Shown piece by piece: positions 1 through 9,881 of a stretch of DNA of 13,205 nt (positions are counted from its first letter, which is position 1; each line of letters starts with the position of its first letter). The stretch lies in the IMG/VR virus record IMGVR_UViG_2585427757_000002. One strand, 5' to 3'. This stretch comes from a virus. Lineage: Duplodnaviria > Heunggongvirae > Uroviricota > Caudoviricetes. The position numbers and the translations under genes are program-made. The notes under the pieces were generated by a model that saw only the letters and a program-made list of their open reading frames with translations, had not been told where the DNA came from and searched no databases.

Positions 1-551
1 CCACTGCCGGAGCCTTCATAAGCAATATCAATGGCCACGGATTCGGTCGGGTTAAACTGCACGCCAGCTCCCCACGCCAGAGACGTGTTGCTGTGGCGAC
101 CGTCATCACTTCCGGTCAGCACATCGTGCGTTTTCCCCTTGTTGTCAGTTACGCGGAGATAATCCCCGGAGAAAGTCGACACACGGCTGTAAGCCACACC
201 CGCCATCGCATACGCGCTGAACCATTCATTCACGCGCACAGACGGCCCCGCCATTACGCTGAACCAGCGGTTACGAACGGAATCTTCATGCCAGCGGGTA
301 TCGCTGTAATGGGTCAGCTGGCGATTCTTGTCTCCTGCATAGCTGAATGACGTCACCAGCCCCAGCGTATCCGTAAACTCATAACGGTATTTCACGTTAA
401 TCCCGTTCAGATCATCACTGCCGGGAACGTTGGTCCGGGCATGAAGATACCCCGCGCTCAGCGTGGACTGATGTTCAGACGCCCATGCAGGCGCACCGGA
501 TACGGCCAGACAAATGGCTGCGGACAAAATGGCGGCACAAACTTTACGCAT
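1..551 (-). CDS. lom: Outer membrane protein Lom (Ail/PagC/OmpX-family beta-barrel), prophage moron; N-terminal 183 codons, 3' end runs off the window start
   Basis: Reverse-strand ATG at 549-551 preceded by RBS GAGAGG. Translation MRKVCAAILSAAICLAVSGAPAWASEHQSTLSAGYLHARTNVPGSDDLNGINVKYRYEFTDTLGLV...AYEGSGSG has a signal peptide and matches lambda Lom as recalled. Position immediately downstream of J is as in lambda. Confidence 0.9.
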   Translation of the reverse strand, partial: MRKVCAAILSAAICLAVSGAPAWASEHQSTLSAGYLHARTNVPGSDDLNGINVKYRYEFTDTLGLVTSFSYAGDKNRQLTHYSDTRWHEDSVRNRWFSVMAGPSVRVNEWFSAYAMAGVAYSRVSTFSGDYLRVTDNKGKTHDVLTGSDDGRHSNTSLAWGAGVQFNPTESVAIDIAYEGSGS

Positions 552-573
552 AATTACCTCTCGCTTTTCTGCA

Positions 574-599
574 ATAAAAAAGGCGTCATTCCTGACGCC
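574..599 (-). terminator. Candidate intrinsic terminator between J and lom (GC stem ggcgtca/tgacgcc, loop ggaa, then TTTTTTAT on the minus strand)
   Basis: Plus strand reads aataaaaaaGGCGTCAttccTGACGCC; on the minus strand this is a 7-bp GC-rich hairpin followed by a T-run, 23 nt after the J stop and just before the lom RBS. Confidence 0.4.
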
Positions 600-621
600 A
601 TTTATTGGGGTTATAAATATT

Positions 622-3600
622 TCAACGAATACTGATGCCGGAAGCCGCTTTTTTGGTCACAATCACCGTACAGTCGGTGATATTGCCTGCCCCCTGATTG
701 CCTTTCTGGAAAATCTTAAACTCCAGAGTGACGCTACCACCACCACTAGGCATATCAATAACTGCACTGTAACTACCGGGAATGGCCCCTTTAGTTTCTC
801 TGGATGCGATTAATACGCCGTTTTTGCGAACTTCAAAACCATAACCCGTGTATCGCGTGCCTCCCGGGTTATTTCCGCTCCCCGGATCGTCATACGCTAT
901 ACCGTTAAAAATAATGGGCGGAATAATAATCTGGCGGTCAAAGTTATGATCATCGCTGATGGTGACTGTAACCGTACCGTTTGGTGTTTCCGTGTTACCC
1001 CACGTACCGACTTTTTTCGGGAAGGCTTTTGATACAGCTTTAACGAAATCTCCTCTGACCTGGGTCGCCTCCAGCATGCCCTTAATCGTACAGTTCTGGT
1101 TAATCGTGACATTGTTGAGCGTTCCTGAGTTCGCATTCACACTGCCACTGATATCCGCATTTTTAGCGGTCAGCTTTCCGTCTGATGTCAGGGAAAATAC
1201 CGGAGGACTGCCACCACTGGTAATGGTGGGGGCCGTCAGGCGCTTCAGGAACACGTCGTTCATGAATATCTGATTGCCCTGCGCCACAAACATCGGCGTT
1301 TCATTCCCGTTTGCCGGGTCAATAAATGCGATACGGTTAGCGGCAACCAGAAACTGACTCAGTTTGCCTTCCTCCGTGTCCTCCATGCTGAGGCCAATAC
1401 CCGCGACATAATGTTTGCCGTCTTTGGTCTGCTCAATTTTGACAGCCCACATGGCATTCCACTTATCGTTGGCGTCCTTCCACTCTTTCGAAAACTCCTC
1501 CAGTTTGCTGGCGTTATCTTCCGTCAGCTCAAAGTTTTCCAGCAGTTCCTTGCCGAGATGCGTTTTATTGATCAACCCTTTATAAAAATTCAGATAACCT
1601 TCCGCATCATCGCTCGCCCGACCAACGGCCTCCACAAATGCCGATTTACCAACGGTGTTCACGCTGCGGATATAAAAGTAATAATCATAACCCGGCTTAA
1701 TATTGCTACTGGCGGCTATCCAGTACAGCGCCGTACCAAGATAACGCGCGCTGGTTTCAACCTGCCTGATATCGATAATCCGCTTTTCCGAGAACCAGAA
1801 CTCAAACTGCACCGTCGGGTCATATACAGCCAGTTTCGGGACCGCTGTTATCTGAAAATACCCTGGTATCAGTTCAATAGTGACAGGCGCTGCCGGTGCC
1901 GCAATCCGGAACGATACCGATGCCGGATCGCCCTGCTGCCCCCACGCATTTACCGCCCGGACCGTCAGCGTGTAACGCCCCAGCGCCAGTTGCCTGAAGC
2001 GGTATGTGGTTTCCGTCGTCCGGGCCGTGCTGACCAGCCGCTCACTGCCGTCGTCCGCTGTTACGGTCAGACGGAGCAGGAAGCTCACGCCCTTCACCAC
2101 CTTCGGTGTGTCCCATCGCGCCAGCACCTGATATTCCCCGCTGTCTGCAGTGACTTCTGCGGCCAGGTGCTGCACCGCTGGCGGCGTGACACCATTCACC
2201 GTGCCACTCTGGTCGCCGTCAAAGTGCGCCCCGTTATCCACGATGGCTTCTTTTTCCGGTACATGCTGCACGGCGGTGATGGCATACGTGCCGTCGTCGT
2301 TCTCACGGATACTCACACAGCGGAACAGGCGCTGGCGCAACGTCGGCAACTTCAGCCCCCACACGCTGTATTCTGCAACGCCGTCAGGAACCCGGCTCAC
2401 TTTCACCTTCACGCCGTCGGTGACGGACTGGACCTGCACGCTGACCGGATTGCCACTTCCGTCAACCAGGCTTATCAGCGTGGTACCGGAGGATGGCAGA
2501 GTGATTTCACGGTCGAGCGTCAGCGTCCGGGTCTGGCTGTTTACCGCCAGCACGCGCCCGCCGATGCTGATACCGGCATAGTCATCATCGCAGATTTCAA
2601 TGACATCGCCCGGTACATGGCGAAGCCCTTCAGCACCCACGCTGAAATCCACGGTCTGCGTCTCCAGCAGTTCCGTTTTAATCAGCCACAGCCCGGCTCG
2701 GTGTGCCTGCCCCCGGCTGGTACAGCCAAAGGCATCCATCTTCGTGACATTACGACCGTAACGGGCAATGGCCTGCGTGTCCTCCACAAGCTCTGTTGCC
2801 GTTTCCCAGCCGTTATCCGGGTCAATCCAGTTCACCTCAACGGCATTATGGCGGTCCTTCAGGGCGCTGAAACTGTAGCGGAACGGCGCGCCATCATCCA
2901 GCATCACCACATTACTGCGGTTATAGGTCCACACCTTATCCGACGGCCGGTCCTGCACGAACGTCAGCGTCTGCCCGTTCCATACCGGCATACAGCGCAT
3001 CGCCGAGCAGAAATCACTGAGCACATCCCACGCCTTACGCTGTGTGGTCAGGTACGCATTACAGGTGATGCGCGGCTCCGTACCGCCAAAGCCGTCCGGC
3101 ACCGACTGGTCGCAGTACTGGCCGATGACATACAGCGCCCATTTATCCACATCTGCCGCACCAAGACGTTTCCCCATGCCGTAGCGCGGATGGGTCAGCA
3201 TATCCCACAGACACCAGGCCATGTTGTTGCTGTATGCCGGTTTAAACGTTCCGTCCCAGATACCGCTGTATTGTCGCGTCTGCGGGTTATAGTTCGACGG
3301 CACCTGCAGAATGCGCCCGCGCAGATGATAATTACGGCTCACCTGCTGGCTGCCGAACTGCTCCGAATCCACCTGCACGCCGACCAGTGCCGTGTTCGGG
3401 TAGCACTGTTTCACATCGATGATTTCGGTGTATGACGACCAGAGCGTTTTGTTCTGCAGCTGGTCTGTGGTGCTGTCCGGCGTCATCCTGCGCATCCGGA
3501 TATTAAACGGGCGCGGCGGCAGGTTACCCACCACCACCGAGGCCAGATACTGCGAGGTGGTTTTGCCTTTAATGGTGATGTCTTTTTCCGTCACCCAGCC

Positions 3601-4035
3601 ACCGTTACGCTGTATCTGAACCAGCAGGCGGACTTCCGATGGATTCCTGTCCCCCTTTGAGGTGGTTTCCACCAGTGCCTGCACACCGAAGGTAAAACGC
3701 AGACGGTCGATGTTTGCCGACGTGATGGTCCGGGTGATCGGCGTATCATATTTCACTTCCGTACCCAGCACCGTCTCGGAGCCGGAGGATTCAAACCCCT
3801 CCGGCGGTGACTGCTCCTGCTCACCGGCCCGGAACACCACCGTGACGCCGGATATATTGGTATTCCCCTCACTGTCCAGCACCGGCGTACTGTTCAGCAG
3901 CACGCTTTTTAATCCATCCACCGGACCTTCAACCGGCCCTTCGCTGATGGCATCGATCACACTCAGCAACTGCGTGGACTTCAGGTTGTCCTTCGCTTCG
4001 CGCGGGGTATGCCCCTTACTGCTGCCTTTACCCAT
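622..4035 (-). CDS. J: Tail tip attachment / host specificity protein J (central tail fiber), 1137 aa, with a C-terminal receptor-binding region that differs from lambda J
   Basis: 1137-aa ORF starting [34 protein letters not shown], near-identical to lambda J (1132 aa) over most of its length as recalled. RBS GGAGCGTGAGG upstream of the ATG at 4035. Lies between I and lom as in lambda. Confidence 0.95.
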   Translation of the reverse strand: MGKGSSKGHTPREAKDNLKSTQLLSVIDAISEGPVEGPVDGLKSVLLNSTPVLDSEGNTNISGVTVVFRAGEQEQSPPEGFESSGSETVLGTEVKYDTPITRTITSANIDRLRFTFGVQALVETTSKGDRNPSEVRLLVQIQRNGGWVTEKDITIKGKTTSQYLASVVVGNLPPRPFNIRMRRMTPDSTTDQLQNKTLWSSYTEIIDVKQCYPNTALVGVQVDSEQFGSQQVSRNYHLRGRILQVPSNYNPQTRQYSGIWDGTFKPAYSNNMAWCLWDMLTHPRYGMGKRLGAADVDKWALYVIGQYCDQSVPDGFGGTEPRITCNAYLTTQRKAWDVLSDFCSAMRCMPVWNGQTLTFVQDRPSDKVWTYNRSNVVMLDDGAPFRYSFSALKDRHNAVEVNWIDPDNGWETATELVEDTQAIARYGRNVTKMDAFGCTSRGQAHRAGLWLIKTELLETQTVDFSVGAEGLRHVPGDVIEICDDDYAGISIGGRVLAVNSQTRTLTLDREITLPSSGTTLISLVDGSGNPVSVQVQSVTDGVKVKVSRVPDGVAEYSVWGLKLPTLRQRLFRCVSIRENDDGTYAITAVQHVPEKEAIVDNGAHFDGDQSGTVNGVTPPAVQHLAAEVTADSGEYQVLARWDTPKVVKGVSFLLRLTVTADDGSERLVSTARTTETTYRFRQLALGRYTLTVRAVNAWGQQGDPASVSFRIAAPAAPVTIELIPGYFQITAVPKLAVYDPTVQFEFWFSEKRIIDIRQVETSARYLGTALYWIAASSNIKPGYDYYFYIRSVNTVGKSAFVEAVGRASDDAEGYLNFYKGLINKTHLGKELLENFELTEDNASKLEEFSKEWKDANDKWNAMWAVKIEQTKDGKHYVAGIGLSMEDTEEGKLSQFLVAANRIAFIDPANGNETPMFVAQGNQIFMNDVFLKRLTAPTITSGGSPPVFSLTSDGKLTAKNADISGSVNANSGTLNNVTINQNCTIKGMLEATQVRGDFVKAVSKAFPKKVGTWGNTETPNGTVTVTISDDHNFDRQIIIPPIIFNGIAYDDPGSGNNPGGTRYTGYGFEVRKNGVLIASRETKGAIPGSYSAVIDMPSGGGSVTLEFKIFQKGNQGAGNITDCTVIVTKKAASGISIR

Positions 4036-4095
4036 TCCTCACGCTCCATAAACGACAAAACCGCCCGCAGGCGGTTTCACATAAAATATTTTGCA

Positions 4096-4767
4096 TCATC
4101 GACCAATCACCACAACCTGACCACCATCCCCTTCGTCTGCCGTGCTGATCTCCTGAGAAATCACGCGTGACCCCACGCGCATTTCACCGTACAGAACGGG
4201 CAGAACATTGCCCTGGGCAACCATGTTATCCAGTGAGGAGAAATACGTGTTCTGCTTACCGTTATCCGTTGTCTGTGTACGGGGAGTTCTGGCTTTCGGT
4301 GCCAGCATCTGCGCCACACCACCGAGCACCATACTGGCACCGAGAGAAAACAGGATGCCGGTCATACCACCGGCCCCAATGGCTGCCCCCCATGCTGCAA
4401 GGGTGGCTCCGGCGGTAAAGAATGATCCGGCAATGGCGGCTGCTCCCAGGACAATCTGGAATACACCACCTGACTTGGCCCCGGCGACTCTGGGAACAAT
4501 ATGAATCACAGCGCCATCAGGCAGAGTCTCATGTAACTGCGCCGTTAATCTGGACGTGCTGACGTCCCGCCCGGCAATCCGTACCTGATACCAGCCGTCG
4601 CTCAGTTTCTGACGAAACGCCGGGAGCTGTGTGGCCAGCGCCCGGATGGCTTCAGCCCCCGTTTTCACACGAAGGTCGATGCGGCGGCCAAATCGTTGTA
4701 AATCCCCGTAAAGGCAGATGCGCGCCATGCCCGGTGACGCCAGAGGGAGTGTGTGCGTCGCTGCCAT
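4096..4767 (-). CDS. I: Tail tip assembly protein I (223 aa)
   Basis: 223-aa ORF MAATHTLPLASPGMARICLYGDLQRFGRRIDLRVKTG... with a C-terminal Gly/Ala-rich hydrophobic segment; same length as lambda I. Overlaps the 3' end of K as in lambda. RBS GAGAGAGG. Confidence 0.93.
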   Translation of the reverse strand: MAATHTLPLASPGMARICLYGDLQRFGRRIDLRVKTGAEAIRALATQLPAFRQKLSDGWYQVRIAGRDVSTSRLTAQLHETLPDGAVIHIVPRVAGAKSGGVFQIVLGAAAIAGSFFTAGATLAAWGAAIGAGGMTGILFSLGASMVLGGVAQMLAPKARTPRTQTTDNGKQNTYFSSLDNMVAQGNVLPVLYGEMRVGSRVISQEISTADEGDGGQVVVIGR

Positions 4768-5408
4768 TTGTCGGTATACCTCTCTCGTTTGCTCAGTTGT
4801 TCAGGAATATGGTGCAGCAGCTCGCCGTCACCACAGTAAATGGCGGCATGATTCGGCACCGATGAACCAAAACAGCACAGCAGCACATCGCCCGGTTGTG
4901 CTGATGACAACGGCACCTGATACAGCCCTGTGTCCTCCAGATTATCCAGATAGAGATTCTGACCGTGACGCCACCAGTCATCCTCGCGATGAAAATCCGG
5001 CATCTCAATCCCCGCCAGATGATAAGCATCCCGGAACAGCGTGTAACAGTCCGTCACCCCGTGCTCAAAGCGCCGCCCGGTGAGATGCGGCACACAGCGG
5101 AACTTATGAATCGTCCCCCGGCAGACCAGCCACCACGGCAAATCACTCTGCACCTGCAGCCGCCGGTCGGCCTCACTCAGCCAGGGCAGACCACCGGGGT
5201 GGCTGTGGACCAGCGCCACAATCTCACCCTGCATTTCTGCCTGCAGCCAGTCCTCCGGAGCCATCCGGAAATAATCCTCCGGCTCACCGGAAATATTCAC
5301 GCAGGGAAAATATCTTTCCCCCTCCGGCGCTCTCACCACGAAGCCGCACGACTCCGCTGGCGCACATCGCCGGGCGTGCGCCAGAATCGCTGATTCTGTC
5401 TGTGTCAT
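4665..5408 (-). CDS. K: Tail tip assembly protein K (MPN/JAB-like N-terminal domain plus NlpC/P60-like C-terminal domain), 247 aa from the MTQTES start
   Basis: ORF contains MTQTESAILAHARRCAPAESCGFVV...HSHPGG (JAB/MPN-like motif) and a C-terminal Cys/His hydrolase-like region. Start chosen at the internal ATG (5406-5408) that corresponds to the lambda K N-terminus; the upstream ATG at 5483 would overlap L extensively. Confidence 0.88.
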   Translation of the reverse strand: MTQTESAILAHARRCAPAESCGFVVRAPEGERYFPCVNISGEPEDYFRMAPEDWLQAEMQGEIVALVHSHPGGLPWLSEADRRLQVQSDLPWWLVCRGTIHKFRCVPHLTGRRFEHGVTDCYTLFRDAYHLAGIEMPDFHREDDWWRHGQNLYLDNLEDTGLYQVPLSSAQPGDVLLCCFGSSVPNHAAIYCGDGELLHHIPEQLSKRERYTDKWQRRTHSLWRHRAWRASAFTGIYNDLAAASTFV

Positions 5409-5412
5409 GGGA

Positions 5413-6111
5413 TTACTGCGAAAGTTTGTTAATGGAAAGGAAGCCGCCAAAGTTGCCGACGTTATTGCGGAACTTACAGCCACTCAGGCATTTGCTGCAT
5501 TTATCCTTCGTGATATCGGACGTCGGCTGGTCATATTCATCCGCGACAGCCGGACCGCTATAACCGCACTCGTCACCGCGATAGGTCCAGGTGCAGGTGT
5601 TGGCCAGCATGATACGTCCCGGAAAAACAGCGCCATCCGTTTCCGTCGGCGTGGACAGTACAAAGGAGGCACTCACCGCGCTCAGTTCGCTGCACTGCTC
5701 AATGCGCCAGCGGCTGATCACCTCCTGCTCCGGATCGGCGTAACTGTTTCCGTTGACGAAGTTCACCGCATCCAGAAAACGGGCATAAACCTTACGCCGG
5801 ACCACCGTTCCGCCGACCAGACTCTGCATATCTTCCGCCATCCCGGTGACCATACCGTACAGGTTAGAAACCGTCAGCGTGGGGCGCGTACTGGTGCCTT
5901 TGCCATTCAGTTCAAAACCACTCCCCTGAATGGGATACGGCTGATACTGTCGCCCCTGCCAGGTGACCGGCTCACCTTTTTCGTTCTGCTCATTACAGAA
6001 AAAATAACGTTCTCCACCGACCTCTGTCAGGTCGATTTCCCAGAGCACCACGCTGGCCGACTGCTCCGCACGGGTGCATTCATTCAGTGTTTCCTGCCGG
6101 ATATCCTGCAT
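5413..6111 (-). CDS. L: Tail tip protein L (232 aa)
   Basis: 232-aa ORF MQDIRQETLNECTRAEQSASVVLWEIDLTEVGGERYFFCNEQNEKGEPVTWQGRQYQPYPIQGSGFELNGKG... with a C-terminal Cys cluster (CSKCLSGCKF), matching lambda L in length and sequence as recalled. Confidence 0.93.
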   Translation of the reverse strand: MQDIRQETLNECTRAEQSASVVLWEIDLTEVGGERYFFCNEQNEKGEPVTWQGRQYQPYPIQGSGFELNGKGTSTRPTLTVSNLYGMVTGMAEDMQSLVGGTVVRRKVYARFLDAVNFVNGNSYADPEQEVISRWRIEQCSELSAVSASFVLSTPTETDGAVFPGRIMLANTCTWTYRGDECGYSGPAVADEYDQPTSDITKDKCSKCLSGCKFRNNVGNFGGFLSINKLSQ

Positions 6112-6440
6112 CAGTTCACCACCTGTTCAAACTCTGCGCTGAACTCAACACGCAGCATACTGACCCGCGACGACCATTTTGCGCAGGTCACCTTTATCTG
6201 CCGCCACTCATAAGGCGGCGTCCACAGAAAGGCTTTCCAGCCCCCGTGCTCTTCCAGAAACGACTCCAGCGCCGTGGCCTCCCAACGGGGGACAGAAAGC
6301 GTCACGCTGTACGTTTTCAGGTTGGCATTCAGCCCGGCAGGCGCTCGCTGGGAATAGCCATCACCAAAGCGCACCTTTCTTACAGAAGGGGCCGAAGCCA
6401 CATCCATACCGGGTTTCACTTTCCAGCGGAAGGTTTTCAT
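6111..6440 (-). CDS. M: Tail tip protein M (109 aa)
   Basis: 109-aa ORF MKTFRWKVKPGMDVASAPSVRKVRFGDGYSQRAPAGLNANLKTYSVTLSVPRWEATALESFLEEHGGWKAFLWTPPYEW...; same length as lambda M. Start overlaps the H stop by 4 nt (ATGA) and the stop overlaps the L start. Confidence 0.93.
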   Translation of the reverse strand: MKTFRWKVKPGMDVASAPSVRKVRFGDGYSQRAPAGLNANLKTYSVTLSVPRWEATALESFLEEHGGWKAFLWTPPYEWRQIKVTCAKWSSRVSMLRVEFSAEFEQVVN

Positions 6441-9035
6441 CGTCCACCTCCGGAGAACAGACCACCATCGCGCATCTGTGCCTGGATTTCATCACGGGCA
6501 CCCTTGCGGGCCATGTCATACACCGCCTTCAGCGCCTGTGGCCCTATCTGACCATTCGTACCGTCGTTCTGAATCACCACATGGTTATTCTGCTCAAACG
6601 TCCCGGACGCCTGCGACCGGCTGTCAGCCAGACTGCCCGGTGTACCGACATAACCACCGGTGGCATAGCCGCGCATCAGCCGGTAGAGATTCCCCACGCC
6701 AATCCGGCTGGTTGCCTCCTTCGTGAAGACAAATTCACCACGGTGAACAATCCCCGCTGGCTCATATTTGCCGCCGGTTCCCGTAAATCCTCCGGTTGCA
6801 AAATGGAATTTCGCCGCAGCTGCCTGAATGGCTGTACCGCCTGACGCGGATGCGCCGCCACCAACAGCCCCGCCAATAGCGCTGCCGATACTCCCGACAA
6901 TCCCCACCATTGCCTGCTTAAGCAGAATTTCTGTCATCATGGACAGCACGGAACGGGTGAAGCTGCGCCAGTTCTGCTCACTGCCGGTCAGCATCGCCGC
7001 CATATTCTGTGCAATACCATCAAAGGTCTGCGTGGCTGCACTTTTAACCTGCGACATACTGTCCGTGGCGCTCTCTTCCCACTCACTCCAGCCGGACTTC
7101 AGGTCTGCCATCCAGCTCCCGCGAAGCTGGTCTTCAGCCGCCCAGGTCTTTTTCTGCTCTGACATGACGTTATTCAGCGCCAGCGGATTATCGCCATACT
7201 CCTCCTTCAGACGCTGTTCCGTGGCTTCCCGCGCTGCCTGCCGGTCAGTCAGCCCCCGGCTTTTCGCATCAATGGCGGCCCGTTTTGCCCGTTGCTGCTG
7301 TGCGAATTTATCCGCCTGCTGCGCCAGTTCGTTCAGCCGTTTCTGGTGTTCAACCTTATCGCCAAGTTCAGCCAGCTGACGTTTGTACTCCAGCGTCTCT
7401 TTTTCATGAGCAAGAAGAGATTTTTCCTCGATACTTAGCGATTTCTTCTGGCCATCCAGAACGTCAGCAGACAACTTCTCATGCAACACGGCATACTGAC
7501 TTTCGGCCTTCCACAAATCCCGGCGCTGCTGGCTGATTTTCTCATTCGCTCCGGCATGCTTCTCCAGCGTCCGGAGTTCTGCCTGAAGCGTCAGCAGGGC
7601 AGCATGAGCACTGTCTTCCTGACGATCGCCCGCAGACACCTTCACGCCGGACTGTTTCGGCTTTTTCAGCGTCGCTTCATAATCCTTTTTCGCCGCCGCC
7701 ATCAGCGTGTTGTAATCCGCCTGCAGGATTTTCCCGTCTTTCAGTGCCTTGTTCAGTTCTTCCTGACGGGCGGTATATTTCTCCAGCGGTGTCTGCAGCC
7801 GTTCGTAAGCCTTCTGCGCCTCTTCGGTATATTTCAGCCGTGATGCCTCAGATTCGGCCCAGTCCTTTGCTGCCATCTCTCTGGCCTTTTCAAGATCGGC
7901 CTGCAACATGGCGACTGAAAGCCCAAGTTGCGCATTCGCTCTGTCTTCCCAGTCCACGGAGATTGGCAAGAAATGCTGAGGTTTTACCGCGCCGGTGGCT
8001 CCGGCTCTCATACCACTGCCATTTCTTGTCCGCTTCATCAAAAGCCTTTTCAGCTTTGGCGAGCATATCAGCAGAGGAGTCCGGGCGACCAATATCCAGC
8101 ACCGCATCCCACATGGATTTGAATGCCCGCGCAGTCCTGTCTGCCCAGGTCTCCAGCGTGCCCATGTTCTCTTTCAGGCGGCGGGTCTGGTCATCAAACC
8201 CCTTCGTCGCGGCCTCGTTCGCCGCCTGCAATGCCCCGGCTTCATCGCCGGAACGCTGCAACTGAGCAACATACGCAATCTGCTCCGCCGTCACGTTATG
8301 GAACTGGCGTGCCATCGCTGTCAGCCCCGACGTCGGGTCTGTGGTCAGCTTCCCGAAGGCTTCAGCGACCTTGTCCACCTCCACACCGGATGCAGAGGAG
8401 AAACGCGCCACACTCTGGCTGATGGACGCAATCTGAGCCTCACCGCTTACTCCCGCCTTAACCAGTGCGCTGAGTGACTCGCTGGTCTGGTTAAACGTCA
8501 GCCCTGCCGCCTGCCCGGCTCTGGACAGGACCAGCATGCGATCTGCCGTCAGACCCGACTGATTGCCGGAAAGGACCAGCGTTTTGTTGAAATCGGACAG
8601 GGTTGAGTCCCCCTGATACCAGGCATACGCCAGCGCACCGGTCGCCACCGCCAGCGAGGTGGCCCCCACCATCGGCAGGGTGATCGCACCGGCAAGCCCC
8701 CTGAACATGGGGATCATCCCGCCGAAGGAGTCCTTCACCTGACCACCCTGTTGCAGCAGGATCAGCCACGGACTTTGCCCGCCTGCAAGCTGCGTGGCCA
8801 CGTCGGTGAACTGTGCAGGCAGCATACGCATGGCAGCTTTATACTGCCCGACGGAAATCCCCGCTTTCTGTGCAGCCAGTGCCTGTCGGCTCAGCGACTG
8901 TTCAACGACTGCCGCTGTTTTTTTCGCATCACTTTCCGTACCGGAAAAATGACGCCTGACTCTGGCCATCTGCTCGTCAAATCTGGCCGCATCCAGACTT
9001 AAATCAACGACCAGATCGCCTACCGGTTCAGCCAT
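6437..9035 (-). pseudogene. H: Tail length tape measure protein H, interrupted by an apparent +1 frameshift (N-terminal frame 7890..9035, C-terminal frame 6437..~8010)
   Basis: Two overlapping minus-strand ORFs (381 aa and 556 aa) together span ~866 codons, matching lambda H (853 aa). The N-terminal part begins MAEPVGDLVVDLSLDAARFDEQMARV; the C-terminal part ends ...MRDGGLFSGGGR with the Gly-rich hydrophobic tail of lambda H. The frame changes between the KKWQWY codons (~8010-8021) and the SVDWEDR codons (~7945-7960). RBS AGGAGGAG before the ATG at 9035. Confidence 0.85.
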
Positions 9036-9866
9036 ACCGGACTCCTCCTGCGATCCCTTCTGATACTGTCATCAGCATTACGTCATCCTCCGTCATGTCC
9101 GCCACATCCGGGGACGTAGGGATAACTTCATTCCCGTCCGGGCCAAAGCGGACACCTCCGGCAAGCCCTGCCGCTTTCTGCATCAGCACATCATCTTCAG
9201 GCTCTTCGTCAGCCTCGCGCCGGTTCAGCAGACTGAAATCCAGCGGATGCATATCCGGATCGCTGAAAAACAGGCTGAGCACGGTGTACGTCAGCCCGGA
9301 AAAGTGCATATCCAGCAGAACATCATGAAAATAATGGGTACTGTAAAAGCGGTGCCAGTCGGCATACTCCGTGGATGACATCCCGGCAAGCATGGCGCGC
9401 CAGTCGGGTCGCCCCATCTCACGCGCCAGTTTCAGGGCAAAACTCAGCTCACCGTCGAACACTTTCCCGCAGAAACAGGCTCTGCTGGCCCGGCGTCATC
9501 TGCCTGTTCAGGTGCATCATTCACAACAAACTCAGACATACCGGACAGACGCATTACCACATTTTCAGCCTGAGCAATTGCCTCTGTGGGCCAGGTGGTA
9601 AGCACTTCCTGCTCAATCTGTTTAACGGCTTCATTCATGGACGGCATCTTTGTCTTCTGCGGATGGCTATGCCACAGGGACATCGCCACCAGAAAAGCAC
9701 CGGTTCTGACGAGATCTTCCACGCTCACCTGTCGATTGAGACTGGCTCCCGCCTGTTCTGCCTGTCGTTTCAGCAGGGCGAGATGCTCAATTCGCTGCAG
9801 GGCTGACAGTTCAGAAAGCGTGACGCTCACACCGTTATATTCAAATGATTCGGTTTTCAGGAACAT
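9028..9866 (-). CDS. T: Tail assembly chaperone G-T fusion, made by programmed -1 ribosomal frameshift from G into the T frame
   Basis: The T-frame ORF (9028..9462) translates to MFDGELSFALKLAREMGRPDWRAMLAGMSSTEYADWH..., matching lambda T. It overlaps the 3' end of G and is entered through the slippery heptamer G GGA AAG at 9462-9468. Confidence 0.85.
9444..9866 (-). CDS. G: Tail assembly chaperone G (140 aa)
   Basis: 140-aa ORF MFLKTESFEYNGVSVTLSELSALQRIEHLALLKRQAEQ...AGPAEPVSAGKCSTVS, same length as lambda G and near-identical as recalled. RBS GGAGAG. Confidence 0.93.
   Translation of the reverse strand: MFLKTESFEYNGVSVTLSELSALQRIEHLALLKRQAEQAGASLNRQVSVEDLVRTGAFLVAMSLWHSHPQKTKMPSMNEAVKQIEQEVLTTWPTEAIAQAENVVMRLSGMSEFVVNDAPEQADDAGPAEPVSAGKCSTVS
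9462..9468 (-). promoter_or_regulatory. Programmed -1 ribosomal frameshift slippery heptamer GGGAAAG (G GGA AAG in the G frame)
   Basis: Plus strand ctttccc is GGGAAAG on the minus strand, lying in the G frame as gcg-GGA-AAG 6 codons before the G stop. Shifting -1 here enters the T ORF. Same heptamer and position as the known lambda G-T frameshift site. Confidence 0.85.
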
Positions 9867-9881
9867 CGCTGACTCTCCGGA

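Noticed and set aside
1411-3435. 674-aa plus-strand ORF
   Set aside because: Entirely antisense to the well-supported J gene. The translation is Arg/His/Cys-rich and low-complexity (…[14 protein letters not shown]…), with no RBS context. Long antisense ORFs are expected opposite long GC-rich coding regions.
4665-5483. Longer 272-aa version of K starting MAVSSAIT…
   Set aside because: The extension overlaps the 3' end of L by ~70 nt in another frame. The MTQTES start matches the lambda-type K N-terminus and gives tight L-K spacing.
5407-6213. 268-aa plus-strand ORF
   Set aside because: Antisense to L and M; no recognisable domain; explained as the shadow of real minus-strand genes.
6437-8107. 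The ORF-track start 'MRCWILVARTPLLICSPKL…' as an independent 556-aa protein
   Set aside because: The first ~60 codons are an out-of-frame read across the 5' part of the H lesion; only the portion from about …SVDWEDR… onward is genuine H sequence.
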